Below, piece after piece: positions 1-12,677 of a DNA stretch of 64,000 nucleotides. Made by a program: the position numbers and the translations under genes. Origin of the DNA: Tubulanus polymorphus (taxonomy: Eukaryota > Animalia > Nemertea); the NCBI RefSeq assembly GCF_964204645.1, contig NC_134026.1, positions 3,309,950-3,373,949 of the forward strand. Direction: 5' to 3'. Positions within the stretch are counted from its first letter, which is position 1. Every line of letters begins with the position of its first letter. Under the pieces are notes generated by a model that saw only the letters and a list, made by a program, of their open reading frames with translations, had not been told where the DNA came from and made no database searches.

Positions 1-341
1 TGATATATTGTGAACTCATGCAAAATTCATTAAAAGAATACAACATTATATTGTGAAGCACCTGTCGAGTTTTCATAAGTCGCGATTCTGTCTTGAATTT
101 CAGCGACTCGTAACTGGTCGGTTGTCTTTGTGCTAAGACCACAAACATTTTCAACCCGCAAACACGCAGCTGTTCGAATTGAGTAAGAAGAATTATTCTT
201 ATAAGAATGAAAGCGTAATAAGTGACCGCTCTTAAGTGTATCGGGTCACCTGTACTTTTAAATGAAAGGCGGCTCAAGTCGGGCTTTCACACGGCAGGAG
301 AGCGCCAGTAACCCTTACTTAGATCTCAGGTCTATACTTAC

Positions 342-612
342 TCCACATTTCTTTCTCTCTTCCCTCCGATCCGAAGCCGTAGTTCAACTGTTTTTTGCCG
401 TAAAACAACCCGAAATGCATCGTGCCTTGAAATTTATCTTTGTCGTATTTTCCCGAGACTTTCACCGCCTCTAATTTGATGGTTTCGTTGATGTTACGGT
501 ACGGGTAAGCCTCGATCCAGAAGGTCGTCGCCAGCGCCGCGATTATCAACCCAGCGGCTAACACGGCGATTACGAATACGATGAAAATACAGCATCTTTT
601 TCGTTTGTCCAT
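342..612 (-). CDS. Clarin-like tetraspan protein, first coding exon (rest of gene lies left of the window)
   Basis: ATG at 612: MDKRKRCCIFIVFVIAVLAAGLIIAALATTFW (TM1 ending in the clarin-type ..LAT..W), then ..GTMHFGLFYGKKQLNYGFG.. (clarin F-G-L-F-x-G motif). GTAAGT donor at 341. Confidence 0.75.
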
Positions 613-1133
613 GTCGATACCGATGGTATAATGGGCTTGGTACAACCAACAAAAGTTGAAAAATCTGGATGGAAAAGCAACTACTCACTCCCCTCAGCAC
701 AGCAGTCAATCAAAGCAGACTCCGAATCCGATCCAGTGAAAATCAAAATCTTAAATCTTTCCCATACGAAAAACAATTGCACAGAAATCCTAAGACACCA
801 GGAATTACGAAGTGCATAGTTCTAAGATGAATTTGGGTGAAATTCGAGTTAATTTTCGATGAAATCCGCGATGAATTCAACTTTCCATGACTTTCCTCCC
901 TGTTGTTTACAGCACCTGTCAAGTTGAGGTGTACCGACGATTGATGTAATTATCGAAAAAAGGAGTTACACTAAATTGTCTAAAATGTAGCTATAAGTAG
1001 AGTTCATTCATGATAAATCGAAGATAATAACTGGATTAATTTTCTTATCAATATCCGGTTGCATATGTTAGGTTTGATGGACAAATCATATCTAAAAACC
1101 TAATATTTTCGCAACAGGACAAAGGTGGCCAAG

Positions 1134-4100
1134 ATGGCGGCAGCACCGAATAGTAAGTTCGGATATAGTTAATTTTCTGTCGATATAAATCCACTGTGCA
1201 TCTTTTATTTTATAAGTAATCTGGTTTTGAATACAATGTGTATATATAGCTTTTCTGAAATATAACTTACGAATATACCTGCCTGATAAAGCTGTTAAAT
1301 AAAGCTTTAATTCGACAAGATTTGTCGTTTTAATTTTTTCAACGCTAGATGGCGGCAGCAGCTTGTAGTACATTACCTATGTATGTACACAAATGCACAT
1401 TAATCATTTCATATTGTACATTAACTTTTTTTAGGAATACAAATGATTCGTTATAAGCCCGTAGATGTATGGACGGTGAAAGAGAAATTATCTCTAGCAT
1501 GTTCAGTCCGCCGGAGTGGAGATCAAAATTGGTAAAAATGATATTGATTGTTTGTTGATATCCTGGCAAAATGGGTGACAAATAAAAAAACTTATCTTTT
1601 ATCGCCATGGTTTTTTTCTAAATCAAATTTATAGGGTGTCTGTAAGCAGAGCTATTAAACCTTTCGGTGAAAAGAGAAGACCACCGGACTGGTTTAACCA
1701 AAAAGTAGGTGCAGCCAAAATCTGCCTCAAGTGATCTGATTATTAGAAATGCAACACATTCTTGTTTGTTTCAGAATTGTGCTCTTCAATACGCAGACAT
1801 GTTGGATAAAGTTGAAACTCCCAAGTAAGTTTTGACCCTTTCTGCATGATATGTTCATATTGCATCCGTAACTCCGGCCTTCTAAGGCCTTGACCTCGGC
1901 CAGCAAAGATTGATATGAAAATCAAAATCGAAATCAATCGCAAAATTGCAATTTTTTGATGTTAAAATTTAGTTTGAGATGTTGTGATTTTCTCAGGAGG
2001 AAGCGCGGAGATCAGGGTCATATTGAAACCCCCGGTGATCAGATTATACGTAAGTTGACTATAGAGAGAATTGAGGAACTGAAGAGAATGGTACAAGAGG
2101 AACAACAAGAATATAAGTACGATATCATAAAACTCGGGGTGAATTTTCTCACTCGTCGAAATGACTAATTTGTTTTTGCGTATTTTACAGGAAACTTAAA
2201 AGTGAACGGGATGCAATTAGAGCAGGAGAATTCGATGATACGATTAAAGAAAAATACGAGGAATGTTTAGCGTAAGTTTCGTCGTGCAGTGTAGTTTCGC
2301 AATTCAGATACTCGAAAATATTTCCAATATTTTATCGGTGAGAGAATTGAGAATATTTCAGGAAATTCCGTAATGAATCGCAATGATTTTTTACAGACTA
2401 CAGAAAGCTCGAGAAGATAAAGAAGCGGAACTCGATAAAGAGGCGACGGAGTTAGCTGAGAACCGAGCTGCAGCAGCAGGTAGTGTAACCATTTCATTGA
2501 AATTTCTGTGTTTTGGTCGTGCATTCTGCGGCAAATGGTTGAAGGAAATCAATAAGGCCTAAGGATAGACGCAGTTTATGAAGTGTTTATAAAAGACCCG
2601 CGATGTTGAAGAATTAACTAAGATAATCTGTTAAACTGACGTTTCAGGAAGAATGCTTCTATACAACTTCAGCGATCAATTTATTGATGAATGGACATTT
2701 AGATAAATAGATATAGATACAGTTGTTAAAAGGAATTATTGGTGTGACCTAGTAAACTCCCAGTTAAATCTTCAATATTGTAGGCCATACATATCCCTGC
2801 TAATGTTGGACGCACAGAGATTGCTCCGATTTTGGCACTTAACTTTGGTGAATCAAGCATGTTTTTTTTCCCAGCACTTCATCGCTTTTATTGCAGCTGC
2901 TGCCAAGGCGGCGTTGAAACCGGCGATTCCGGGACAGAAATCACCGAAGAAGCCAGTATTACCGAAACTGAAAGTTCCAGCGGCGACGACATCAACCGTC
3001 CCGGTCGACATACAGCAAATAGACGACACGACCCAGGACTCGATGTTATCAGAATCTATCAGCGTAGATGTGAGTATACTAACAAATAATTCCGTTTCTA
3101 TCCAGTTGGAGATTGACTTTAGTGCATCTATACTGCCGTGTGATGTATAAATGTTTGATGGACTTTGCTAGTACACAGCACTGTGGTGTATCGATGTAAT
3201 TTGAAAGCAGTTTTTATCACTATTGAAAGATGGCAGCACCTGTCAAACAGTGAAATATTAGTAACTAACGATACTCCTCGCTGCGGTTTAGATGCACTTT
3301 AGCGGTATGCCCGTTATCTCCAGCACTTTCGGATATTAATTAGTCGGCACTGAAAGGGTTTTAAACATACCGGTATTTGACTAGGGCTTTCAAAATTGGA
3401 AAATAAGTGTTCGTTGTAAATGAAATACTCTACTATATTATAGGTAATGACTGATGATGAGTTTATAGTAACTCCCTCCCCGAGCTGTACGCCGAAGCCT
3501 ACACCACCGGCTTCACCTTTCCTTTCTACGTTATTACAGAAACTTCCAGAATCTACTCCATCTACACTAACTATCAAAAATGTAAGTACCGGTGATGAGA
3601 AAATGATTTTAATTCTTAATTTTTATAGTAACTCATTCCTTCAAAACACAACCGTTATCAGGACTACAGAAGTGCTCTAATTTGTTGATAGTTATGCTAG
3701 CTTTATAAAATATTTTATTCTGACAGGATCCTGATGAAATGAAAGTGATTTCACCTGAATTTGAAGTGGATATTCCTGCCGAGATTTCCGGTTACGATGA
3801 TGAAACACCTAGCGCGGCGGATGAAGTCGAAAGTCAATCTGTTGACATGAAAACGGAACCAACCACCCCTTCATCGGGTACGAAAATTTTTTACCAACAC
3901 TAATCATGAGATTGTCGCCCTGATAATTATGCTATATGTACCACATTTCGCTTGAACTTGTGTTATAGAACCATTGACATTTCATAAACTCATCACAACG
4001 CCGTTTATGGCGGTGGTTCATTAGGTTTATGGTTCATAGCTTATTCCTGCAAACAGTAGATTCATTACAGATTCTGTTTTATCACGCCTGTGTTTGTCGC

Positions 4101-7100
4101 CTTTCAAAAGTCTATTGTATGCTCTGTAGAAAAGCATTTCGATCAAAATACCGGCATCTCTATACTAAGTTGTGTTATTTCTACTCTTGTGCGTGCATGT
4201 TTCATCCACATTTCAGTTTTCATCATTCATTTATTTATACGTATTCTTTTTTGCTTTGCTATATTCTCTGCACAGGTGTACCATCGACGCTTACCAAGTT
4301 ATTGGTTTCCCCAGTCGTAAGCGCCCCTAGTCCAATCAAAACTAATTCAGCGGAAAGCGAAGCGAAAAAATCAGTCCCGCCACCGACAACGCCACCTTCA
4401 ACTACGGCTAGTAACAAACAACCTTCCAATAACACACCAACTACGTTGCCACCTAAAAATCTGTCGCCCGTCATAAATGTTAAGGCAGAGGCACCACCAC
4501 CACCACCTAGTTCAGTTGCAAGCCTAGCTACTCCTGTCATCGCACCGAGCAAAACCCAGAGTAGCCCAATTCCAGGTATAGTTGAACGCTCTCAATTGCC
4601 AATTTATGAAATGTCACTAGTATGGATTGTAAACTCGGGGGGTTGACTGGTAGCTATTCAGATTTCTAACTATTTTCATTCACTTTGGTCACATTTGAAG
4701 GGATTTTGTGCATGTGGGTAGCGGTCATACATAATAGACTGCTTATTATCCTGCCTCTTAGTCACTTACTTTCCAGATCAAGTGAATTGATTTAATATAA
4801 ATGAATGTGAACTTTAACGTGTGATTCCTAGGCAAAATATTTTGATGATATTTTCTAGTTAAAACGACTGATGACGAGAGTCAAGATGTGGCGATTACTA
4901 CACAAACTAAACCCGAAGTACAAGAGGAAGTTAAACAGGCAGAAGTCAAAGAAGAGGTGAATAAACAATGTTTCATTTGACTGCTTATCTTCGAACTATA
5001 TTTCTTCTATGTTTAGTAAGAAGAGCAATCTGAAATGAGATATTCTGGATTTTTTTTTCGTATCTCTAATAGTGCAGAACAAATTCTAGTCAGATTCGAG
5101 TTTTACGTTCTATTTTAGATCGAAGATAGTAACGATAAATCGGTAGACGAGAATGTCTCGACAGCCGTAGCAAATACGAGTTCGATTGTTGATGTGTCGA
5201 CTATCGACGAATCAATCGAGATCAAGGAAGAGCCGGCGTCTCCGGCGAGCAGCGTGTCGTCGAAAGTCAGTGAGATCGATAAAACTTCCAGACGTCGTCG
5301 ATCCAGTCGAGGTTCCGGTCAGTTATATATGAATATAAAAACAATCATTAAAATAATCATATAAGTCCTGTATGAACTTTTCCTCAAACAGGGTGGCCAC
5401 TCACCTGGAAATCAGGGAAAAGTTGGGGAATTTTCTTTTCTTTAAAAAAGTCAAGGAATAGTCGGGGAATTTTGTAAAAAGCTGAAAATTAGGGAAAAGT
5501 CGGAAATTTGTTGAGACTGCTAGATCGCGCATAAAATCAGTTTCCATCTATGTCTTAATGTATTTGACTGTGTTAATTGATTGGATTCTTAGCAGATTGA
5601 GTCAGGGAAAAACATACATGTTATGGAATAGTCAGGGAAAAGTCTGGGGAAAAGCAGGTCAAATAAAAGTGCCCATCATGAAAAAGCATTTCATGAAGTT
5701 TGTTTCATTGAAAAACATTATCTTTGTATCTAGGTAACTTGAGGACAGTAACAGCCGTTTAGAATATTAGAATAATGTTTAGATTTGTGGTTTCAGGCTA
5801 TCGGTCACGTTCTGCTAGAAGAAGTCTGCGAGCTACTCGAAACACCCAGCAAGTAGGTCTACTGTTTACCTTCAAATTGCATTTTTCAGCTCGAACAAAA
5901 AGATACCTTTATTACAAAACGTAAATTCAATTTTGATTACCGAAGGCATATCTGACACATTGAAAAAGAGTTTATAAAATGTATACCAGTATATCAGTAG
6001 CTCAAACCTCAAAAGTGCATAATGAAATTGAAGCGCCAAAGACTTGTTTTACAATGATATACATATGTATTACCATAGTAGTTTAATTTTCTTCAGACCG
6101 CAATTTGTACTTTTTTCATGGTTATCAAAATATAACTTGAAAGTGATGTTTTGAATTATGTATTTTATTTTAGGAAAAGAAAGATGTCGATGCCGAATCA
6201 TCGGACGATGAAACTGTTCCGGAAAGCGATGATACTTCATCGAATAAACTGCCGCCTCCTTCATCTGCATTCATTGAGTCGATTCCAAACAGTCCTGCAT
6301 CAATGTCTCAATGGTAAAACCGCACAGCAAATGATTTTAACTTTATTTCCAGGGACAAGTTTTACAGACTGCTAAAGTGTGTATTTCTGTTGTATATTAT
6401 AGTAGTGATACCGAGGATGAGAAAGTCTATAAAACGTGGAAAAAGTCTATAATGCTCGTCTGGAGAGCAGCTGCTAATCACAAGTGAGTTTCTGAAAGAT
6501 TTTTCGCTAGAAATTGTCTGAAAGTCTATACTCATTCAACAGTTTTTGAATATTATAATGGAATTTTGCTCAAATAGGCCTGTAGATCAAATAAATTTGT
6601 ATTCATATTTCAGGTATGCTAATGTTTTTCTTCATCCCGTCACTAATGATATAGCTCCTGGATATGACAGTGTTGTGTTCAGGTAAGATAGTTTCTATTC
6701 AATGAAAAGATGAAATACCTGAGGCCCTTATTCACTAAAAGCTTATTAGTCTCTCAATTGTTGAAGTCGTTGAAAATGAAAACGTCATACTTCTAAGAAA
6801 CTAATCGTATATTTTTAGCTTAATGAAAACAACCCCCGAGTTATAAAGCCTTTCGAAATTGTATGGAAAGATAACTTGATTCGTAGTTCATTGTGTTTTG
6901 TTTTGAAGGCCGAAAGACCTACACACGATTAAGAAACACATCGAAACCGGAGTGATAAAAACAACGGCAGAATTTCAGCGAGATATTATGCTAATGTTTA
7001 CGAATGCCACGATGTATAATAATTCCGACCACAACGTGTTCAAAATGGCGCAAGAAATGTATGACGACGTCATGCAGCATATCGAGGTAGAGTTACAAAT

Positions 7101-9197
7101 GCTCATTTATGTACTCGCTTACATCTATATCAATTTTCATTTCTGGGTTTTTGATTGAGCGCACAGCAGATGAAAAGATTTAATAATCTGCATACCGGTA
7201 TTCGTTTGAGAGATATTTCTTTTCTTGATTGTTGATCAGTTAATGAATACAAGTGTTGTGCTGTGATTTGGATCGGGTTGAACTGAGCAGTACATCCTTG
7301 CTGTAACAGGTCTCCCACTCATCCACCAGTCTGATTTATTAGCTTATTTCTGACAAAATTACTACCAAAGTCTATAAAACTGCGAAAAAAATTCTGTGAA
7401 TACAAAAACTTTTAGTATTTGTAGTACCGGTAATAAGAGGTAAATTTTTATGTAAATGTTTTTTGGTTACTCGTGTTTGCTATTACAGACGGTTTACACT
7501 GTTCAAGAACAAAAGTCTATGTCAAACAAAAAGTTTTTTGTAAGTTTTCCGGACATCTCCGTTATGGCAAGGATGAATGAATGACTTGTGTTATCGCTAT
7601 AACGATTAGACGAAGATCTCTTTCACCTCGATGACAAATTTGTGAATCCATTTTTGACAATGTTTGAGAATAGGGCTGTTTAGATGTCCTAATTGTCAAA
7701 TCTGTAGACTTAAATCAGGACAGGTCATTGATCTATATGGCTTGATACTGAAATTCCGAATAACAGATGAACATACTGACAACTAACTTGATCAGTACTA
7801 TCAAGTGGAGGTGTTGGTTTATAATTGTTGAATTTTCTCAATTGAGGTGATACAGATCTTTAAATATGGTTCTCTATTTCATATAATATATAACACTTTG
7901 TATTTATTACATAGAAACCTTGCACTCTTTCAATGGATTAGATAACTGCACAACGTTTATTAATATCTCATTTAACTATATCCTTCCTGGCATGCACCGA
8001 CCACTTCTATTACAATGTATGATACATAGTTCATGGTGGCTTATTTTAATTGATTAGACTCTATGGAGCCCGGTAAGAAGAATATCTTATAATCGGATCT
8101 GTAACAATTTACGTCCACCAGGTGGCAGTATTCTCTATTCATGCAGTGTGAAGCGTGGTGGATTGGGGACCCCTGATATATTTGTGTGTATTGTTGTTTT
8201 AAAGACTTTTGTTACTCTCTTTTTCTTTGAACACGCTGTCAAATATAGATACTGTTAAGAGAAGAGGAATTGAATAATAAAGTAACTATAACAAAAATGT
8301 ATCAATCACATTCATATTGTATTTCCACGCTTTTAGCTGTTGTTCATTTATTGCATGCTGGCTTGTTATTATAAGATGGCATATTGCAAAACGGCTTTCT
8401 TTCAGCTTTGACTTGTTCAGCTTTGATTCCCATATCTTTTGTGAGTCATCTGTTTACAGTAGATCTCATTCCCAAGCTAAACGAAAAATTCGATTTTCTA
8501 AACAAACTAATTATTTTTATATGTGATAGATTTGTTTTTGTTGTTTGCAGAAATAATTTTTTCCTAGTATTCATATTCAATGCCTTTTGTTTTATGTGGA
8601 ATGTTTTCCATCAGACTTATTTTATGTATAGGTGCTCAAAATAAATTTGTATCGCTTTAAAATAGCTGCTTATCATAGTATCATTACCAGCTCTACAATT
8701 TCCATGCAGACAATTCTATATTTATAAGGAAAATCAAGGCCTAGTTTTGGCAAGACATTTTAGCCCATTTTCTGGACTAAATGTATGTTTCGACTGTTGG
8801 CCAAGATGTCTTCCAAAAGTTATCCGAAAACATATTAGAACAACAGATTCAAAATGGGCTTAGCCTGTGCAACTGGTGCCAGAAGATAATTTAATGTCAA
8901 TGTCAGTGAATTTCCGTGGTTAATGTTGATATGTTTTGCATATTTCAGCAATACGTGAACACTCAGTTGATGTTACAGGCGAATGAGACCAAGTCATTAC
9001 GCGGAACCCGGCGATCTGAAGCTAGCGATAAAGTAAGACATTTTCTGATGAAATATCGAAGTAACTGTGTCTGCGTAACTTTTCTCAAAATTCGTCATCG
9101 ATTCTTTCAGGAGGACGACGCGCGTAAACGCAAGACGTCGATAGATGGCGACACAGGTGGTAAAAGTAAACGTCGAAAAACACGAGCAGATGACTGA
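1134..9197 (+). CDS. BRD8: Bromodomain-containing protein 8 (NuA4/TIP60 subunit), multi-exon
   Basis: Spliced N-terminus WTVKEKLSLACSVRRSGDQNW..VSRAIKPF..RPPDWF..RKLTIERIEELK matches the BRD8 N-terminus. Bromodomain exons at ~6403-7086 read WKKSIMLVWRAAANHKYANVFLHPVTNDIAPGY..EFQRDIMLMFTNATMYN. Last exon ends KSKRRKTRADD-TGA at 9197. GT-AG introns throughout. Confidence 0.93.
5389..5680. mobile_element. Non-autonomous DNA element in a BRD8 intron with internal AGTCAGGGAA-like repeats
   Basis: Left end CAGGGTGGCCACT, degenerate inverted right end AGTGCCCATCATG, and several internal (A/T)CAGGGAAAAG-like units. Confidence 0.65.
8115..8128 (+). promoter_or_regulatory. CTCF core consensus site
   Basis: CCACCAGGTGGCAG matches the bilaterian CTCF core motif and sits in an otherwise AT-rich BRD8 intron. 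Confidence 0.5.
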
Positions 9198-9883
9198 AAG
9201 GGAACGATCAGTTTTATTACTCATCAACTCGACTTATGGCGATGAATAAGATCATCTTGTTGTTGTAATGAGATAGTTATTGCGTTTCTATCAATTCGTT
9301 TATTACATCGAAGGACTTCTGGATCGCATAGAAAATACGACTTCAAACAGCGTAATATGACTTGATCATATAGTTTAAAGGGTCGATTTTCATGTTGCTC
9401 TTTCTAAGAACTGCCTTCAGATTTCTCGCGTTCTGAAAGTAAACACGTACTGTCTTAGCGAGTAGCGATGATCTTTGCATATGATGTAATATGATTTACG
9501 TAACGGTTACCGCGAAAATTTATGCGAAATGTAGCGAACAGGATTCAACTAGTACGGTTTCAACTTGTCACTGCTTTGTACGCGGAGTTTGCCAGCGCGT
9601 TGTTTAATATTCATAAATTTCATCGAAAACGTATGTAAATAAGTGTGTAATCGGTTGTTTGTCTGCGGTAACCGAGATCAAAGCGTATTCGACGCGAGTC
9701 GGTATTGTCAGCTTAATATGTTCATCGTAAAAAGCAGGAAAATACGCCCTCGTAAACAAGTCACGCGTCGTTAGAAAAACACGGCTGTACGAACTAGCAG
9801 ACGCTTTCATACGCAACCTATTTGAAACATTTGGTTATAGATGATTATAGATACATAATGTAAAATAGATGGTACCATGAATA

Positions 9884-10137
9884 CTGTAGACTCCCTCTCA
9901 TCGGTCAACTTAAATATAAGACCCACAATCACGAATCTGAAAAGTTGAAATATAGAAACGTTAAAATTCATTTATAAAAATCCGAATTTTTCGATTTTCC
10001 ACCAGAAATGGTTTTAAGTTGAAATAAGGATTTTTATGAATAAATTTTAACGTTTCTATATTTTAAGAGTCTGGCTTCGTGATTGTGGGACTTATATATA
10101 CTTAACTCCTCACTTGCACGTGTGGGGTAGTCTACTG
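9884..10137. mobile_element. Fold-back MITE (Tc1/mariner-type, TA target site)
   Basis: TA|CTGTAGACT...AGTCTACTG|TA ends. Long inverted arms, e.g. AAATATAGAAACGTTAAAATT / AATTTTAACGTTTCTATATTT and CCCACAATCACGAA / TTCGTGATTGTGGG. Confidence 0.8.
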
Positions 10138-12677
10138 TATTTCAGTTTTCACATGAATTCACTGATGTCTTTGGTGCGATGTTGTACATTTAGATTTTGT
10201 ATGCAATGAGTTTAGTAAGGATGAATGATTTTCTAGGTGTGGATTTAGTATTTATGAGATTCTGTGCTGTGACAAAATACTTGGCGTGAAATCTCTTAAT
10301 GAACACAGACTTTGAAGAATGAACTATATACATGTAGTTCTTATAGTCCATGTGGTTTGAACACTTATAAACTTGAATGAATATTTTATAAGGAGTGATG
10401 GCGAGTTAAATGAGAAAATATAAAAACTATTTATGTATATAAACATCATTTCTTACTCTTGATTTTATTCTATACTTTTGAAGAAGGAAAGAAGAGCAGA
10501 GGAAAGGACCCAGTTTTTCTAGAATGCATAAATCGATGAACTTTCATGGTTCGTTGATGAGTTCGTTGGTGAATCCAACTGGATTCTGATTGGTAAGAGA
10601 TACGCACTTAATTTCTCTTAAGCGTGGAAACAGTTTTCAGTCTCTCATTCGATGTGAGCTAGGTTACAAAATCAGTGAATGCGATGCCGACATGTGCTGC
10701 CTCAGCTGGAATTCTCGACTTAAGATTCAATTATTACCTTCGTACTCACTTAGCCCGGTGTACCTGAGTCCATTAAAATTCCGTGCACTCGATACTGTGT
10801 GAAAATACCATGTTATCGCATCGGTTTAATTTTACTGACCAGTGAAGTGAATACAAACAAACAGCTTCGTACAGCTCATAACAGTTTAAAAAAGTTGACC
10901 AACAAATTACCGATTCGTTTGATTTATCTTATCTACTAGTAAATCTACCACCAGACAGTAGAGTATACATTAGCGCCCCACAAACAAATTGCTGAAGAGT
11001 CACATTCTACATTACATAGACTCCGTAACTGTTCCATTGTTTTCGGAGGCTCGATTTAAATGAACGCTTTTTATTTGACAATTGTAGAACTGCCCCTACA
11101 ACCGTATTAACCCTGCACTCTAGAGATACACGAGTCCATGGTATATATAACTGTTTCATTTTTTATGTACCGAAATCTCAAGACGCTTAACGGCATTTCT
11201 TCCGATGACATCTAATCCGAAATCATTTCGTTTAACACGGCTGATCGAGTGTAAAACATAAATCGTGTTCAACTGGTAGGAGAGAAAATGATTGGCAATT
11301 TGACTTGTGGTTGCAGATGTAAATGAGAAGTACTTTGAAGAGGTGCTACCTGTTGCCACTTCCCTTGACGTGGTACTGATAGCGAGTTCCGTAGAATCTC
11401 ATCGGCGATTACAAGTAACAAGTCAATCTTTCAGCGATCAGTCGATACTGCAGTTTCCACTTGAGAAAGGAAAAAAACATCGAACACATTCGCAACAGTA
11501 CACCCAACCGAATGCGATGTATATCGAGAGAACCAACTCCAAAAAAGCCGTACCACTCCCGGGGTGAGTTTTCGCAAATTTACCACACGCAAAAGATACG
11601 TCGTTAAAGATGTACAGTAAAAACTATACGATACTCAACTTTATAGATATTATGAGTTGATCTGACTCATTTATATGAGTTAATCTGACCTGCCGGGTGG
11701 TTTTTTTTAAACGCTTCACTAAAACACTGACTTATCCGAAAAAAAGCTTGATACGCAAATGATATCCCATGCCAGATGGCCGTGTTCAACAAAAGGACTT
11801 TGATACTTGGAATTAAGACGATTTACTTCATTAATTCAGTAAATGCTGAATTTGTTTAAAATCTGCTCTGGGGGCAGGACTCAAAGCTCTAAAAACTAAT
11901 TGCTTAAATGCTTTATCATCGAGAAGGAGATATACGGGAGTCGACAATACACCATCACATTGAATAGATACTTGGAAAAGATGCTCAGCAACTGGTGAAC
12001 AGCAAAAGAAGAAAATCTATAATTATCTAACAATGATGTATATATACATTTGGGTTGGTTATTTATTAAATATAGTGAATAAAATAATAAATCGAGATAA
12101 TCACAATTTTCAGTGTAACTCGTTATCAACAATAATACACGATATAAGTTTAAAATACGATTCACGCGGTTGGTCGCATTTCGCTTAGAAGATTTACAAG
12201 CGTTTTTTGATTAACAAATAAATAATCTTATAGATCAGTCTGTACTAAGATATTTAGCCGTTCTATTTATGATAATCCCGTAAAAAACGATGAGTCGTTT
12301 CATCTCTGAATAGGAACACTTAAGTGTCGCTGTACAGTATATTTTACTGTTTCGATTCATCTCGTTATTTTATTGTTCGACAAACTTACAAAATGAGATA
12401 AATACCGTGAGAATGGTATAAGTTCTTTAGCCATTACACGACAATTTACTGCCATATTTACAAGATAATTTGCGGAAAAAAACAGATAAACAACCAAGTA
12501 GGTGGTCTTTATTAAAGGCTGCGATCTTTTTATAATACATATTTGAGAAACAATTTGATATTATAGAAGTAGCATTTCGGTGCACTACGTAGCTTTCCTA
12601 AAGCCACTCAAATTCGCTGGTCTGAAAACTGTTCGTGAATACCGAGAACGTCTTTCTGAAACCCTTGCAAACTGTTG

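Noticed and set aside
3592-3724. GTGATGA...CTGA as an intronic C/D snoRNA in BRD8
   Set aside because: The CTGA is part of the splice acceptor (CTGACAG); no terminal stem or recognisable rRNA guide.
11307-11567. 86-aa ORF or exon-like segment (TGCAG...GG|GTGAGT) downstream of NK3
   Set aside because: No recognisable protein and no partner exons found; could be a lncRNA exon but this is unsupported.
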